A stretch of 64,000 bases of DNA, taken from Lama glama. Its lineage: Eukaryota. The notes under the pieces are model-generated. The model was not told the DNA's origin. It ran no database searches and was given only the letters and a program-made list of their open reading frames with translations. The stretch's first letter is position 1. Each line of letters starts with the position of its first letter. The stretch lies in NCBI GenBank assembly GCA_028534125.1, contig CM052817.1:16990001-17054000 (forward strand), written 5' to 3'. The translations under genes and the position numbers were made by a program. Shown piece after piece: positions 62,780-64,000 of this stretch.

Positions 62780-63130
62780 ATCCCCTTTAACTGTGGTTGA
62801 TTTCAGTGAGGCTCAGAATAGGGGCTGGTCTAATCACATGAGGCTCAGCACTTTAGTCATGTGATTGATGAAGGGGCTCTTGGTCTTCCTCTGAATGAGG
62901 AAGCCTGTAGCTCCAGGTGCTGTTGGTAGTCTTCCAGTGACCACAAGGGGAGGCAGCCTTGTGGTGATGCACACCCTGAGCTGGGTCCCCGGTGACACCG
63001 AGGACACCGAGTTGCTGGATCTAGCCTGCCCTGAAGCTGGCCCTACTGCCGGACTTGTAATTTACTTGAGCCAATACATTCTAGTTATTACTTGTGCCAC
63101 TTTGAGTTGGATTTTTTCTGTGGCCTAATG
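62780..63130 (+). mobile_element. MaLR (MLT1J/K-like) LTR remnant
   Basis: gctggatctagcctgccctgaagc...ggacttg...ttacttgagccaatacattc...tttgagttggatttt. Confidence 0.65.
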
Positions 63131-64000
63131 AATGCAACCATGGTAAGGTAGAGAGATTCCAACACTACCACTGATTTCTTTTTCCAGAAAATTCAGTCAA
63201 TTTGTTTATTTTGTGTGTTTCACTTATTTTATGACTTCAAAATAGACCCCTCAAATTAACAGTCTTTCACACGGCTTAGATTAGTCACACCCCACAAAAC
63301 TCCAACTTCCATCTCTGTATACTGAGTCCCACATCTTTGCTCAGGCCCTGACCTTTGCTCTTCAAACCTGCCTTCCCAGCTGCCTTTGGCCGTCACAGAT
63401 AGATTTCTACACCCACCTCCACCTGAACATGGTCCTCACTACACCCCTTCATTCTGGTCTGCTCTCCCTGTCTCCCCCCTCATACTTCCCTCATACCCCA
63501 CCACACCTAACGGCAACCAGTTCTCTGCTACCTGAGTCTGCGCACCCACATATACAACCTCAGTCTTGACGATGCCCTTGCCTTCATTCTCCCAATCTGA
63601 TCAATAATCCGTTCTTGGTATTCTACTTCAGAAATGTGTCTGGAATTGCCTCCCACACCCCCACCCCCTTGCCCAACTAGTCTTCCTGCCATGTTTACAC
63701 CTTCAGTCAGTCCTTCCTTTCTAACCCAACATCAGCCTCATCACAAGAATTAAGGTCCTGAATAACCAGTGAACCAATGTGACGCTGTCACCAACATGCC
63801 CCTCTGCAAATTATAAATCTCTGTTGGCAGCTGCCGGGCCCTTCAAAATCCAACCCCATGTCATTATAACACGTGGAAAGATGCCATCAGCATGAGCTAG
63901 CCCAAGGGGTCTAGTGATTAAAGAAACAGCCTAGCTACCAAAAAGTTATTTCAAACCAGCTAGTTTTTGCACTTTCCCCCAAGCACTAGAAGAGGTGAGA

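Noticed and set aside
61000..64000. Searched for the start of the next syntenic gene (ANAPC4 in human)
   Set aside because: No CpG island or recognisable exon before the window ends.

Overview
Mammalian genomic DNA, most likely a camelid (inferred from five tRNA-Ala(AGC)-derived SINEs resembling the camelid vic-1 family; no Alu, Bov-A/BovB or PRE-1 SINEs recognised). The window holds the last coding exon and 3' UTR of PI4K2B (+, CDS end 4316-4489). About 9 kb of LTR-rich intergenic DNA follows, then a CpG-island promoter and the complete 13-exon ZCCHC4 gene (28S rRNA m6A methyltransferase; + strand, ATG 16017 to TAA 57438). All 12 introns are GT-AG and the exons sum to 1542 nt (513 aa + stop), with GRF zinc finger, DPPF catalytic motif, CCHC knuckle and basic C-terminal tail intact. 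The rest is L1, L2, CR1/L3, MIR, MaLR/ERV LTR and DNA-transposon relics; repeat family names are by eye and approximate. Most ORFs in the track are spurious. I found no convincing new biological system. The best leads are a candidate poison exon in ZCCHC4 intron 8, a TCT/5'TOP-like initiator with an upstream ORF, a scrambled L1 composite, a perfect 40-nt inverted repeat bracketing exons 4-10, a possible short retrocopy and a CTCF-like site.
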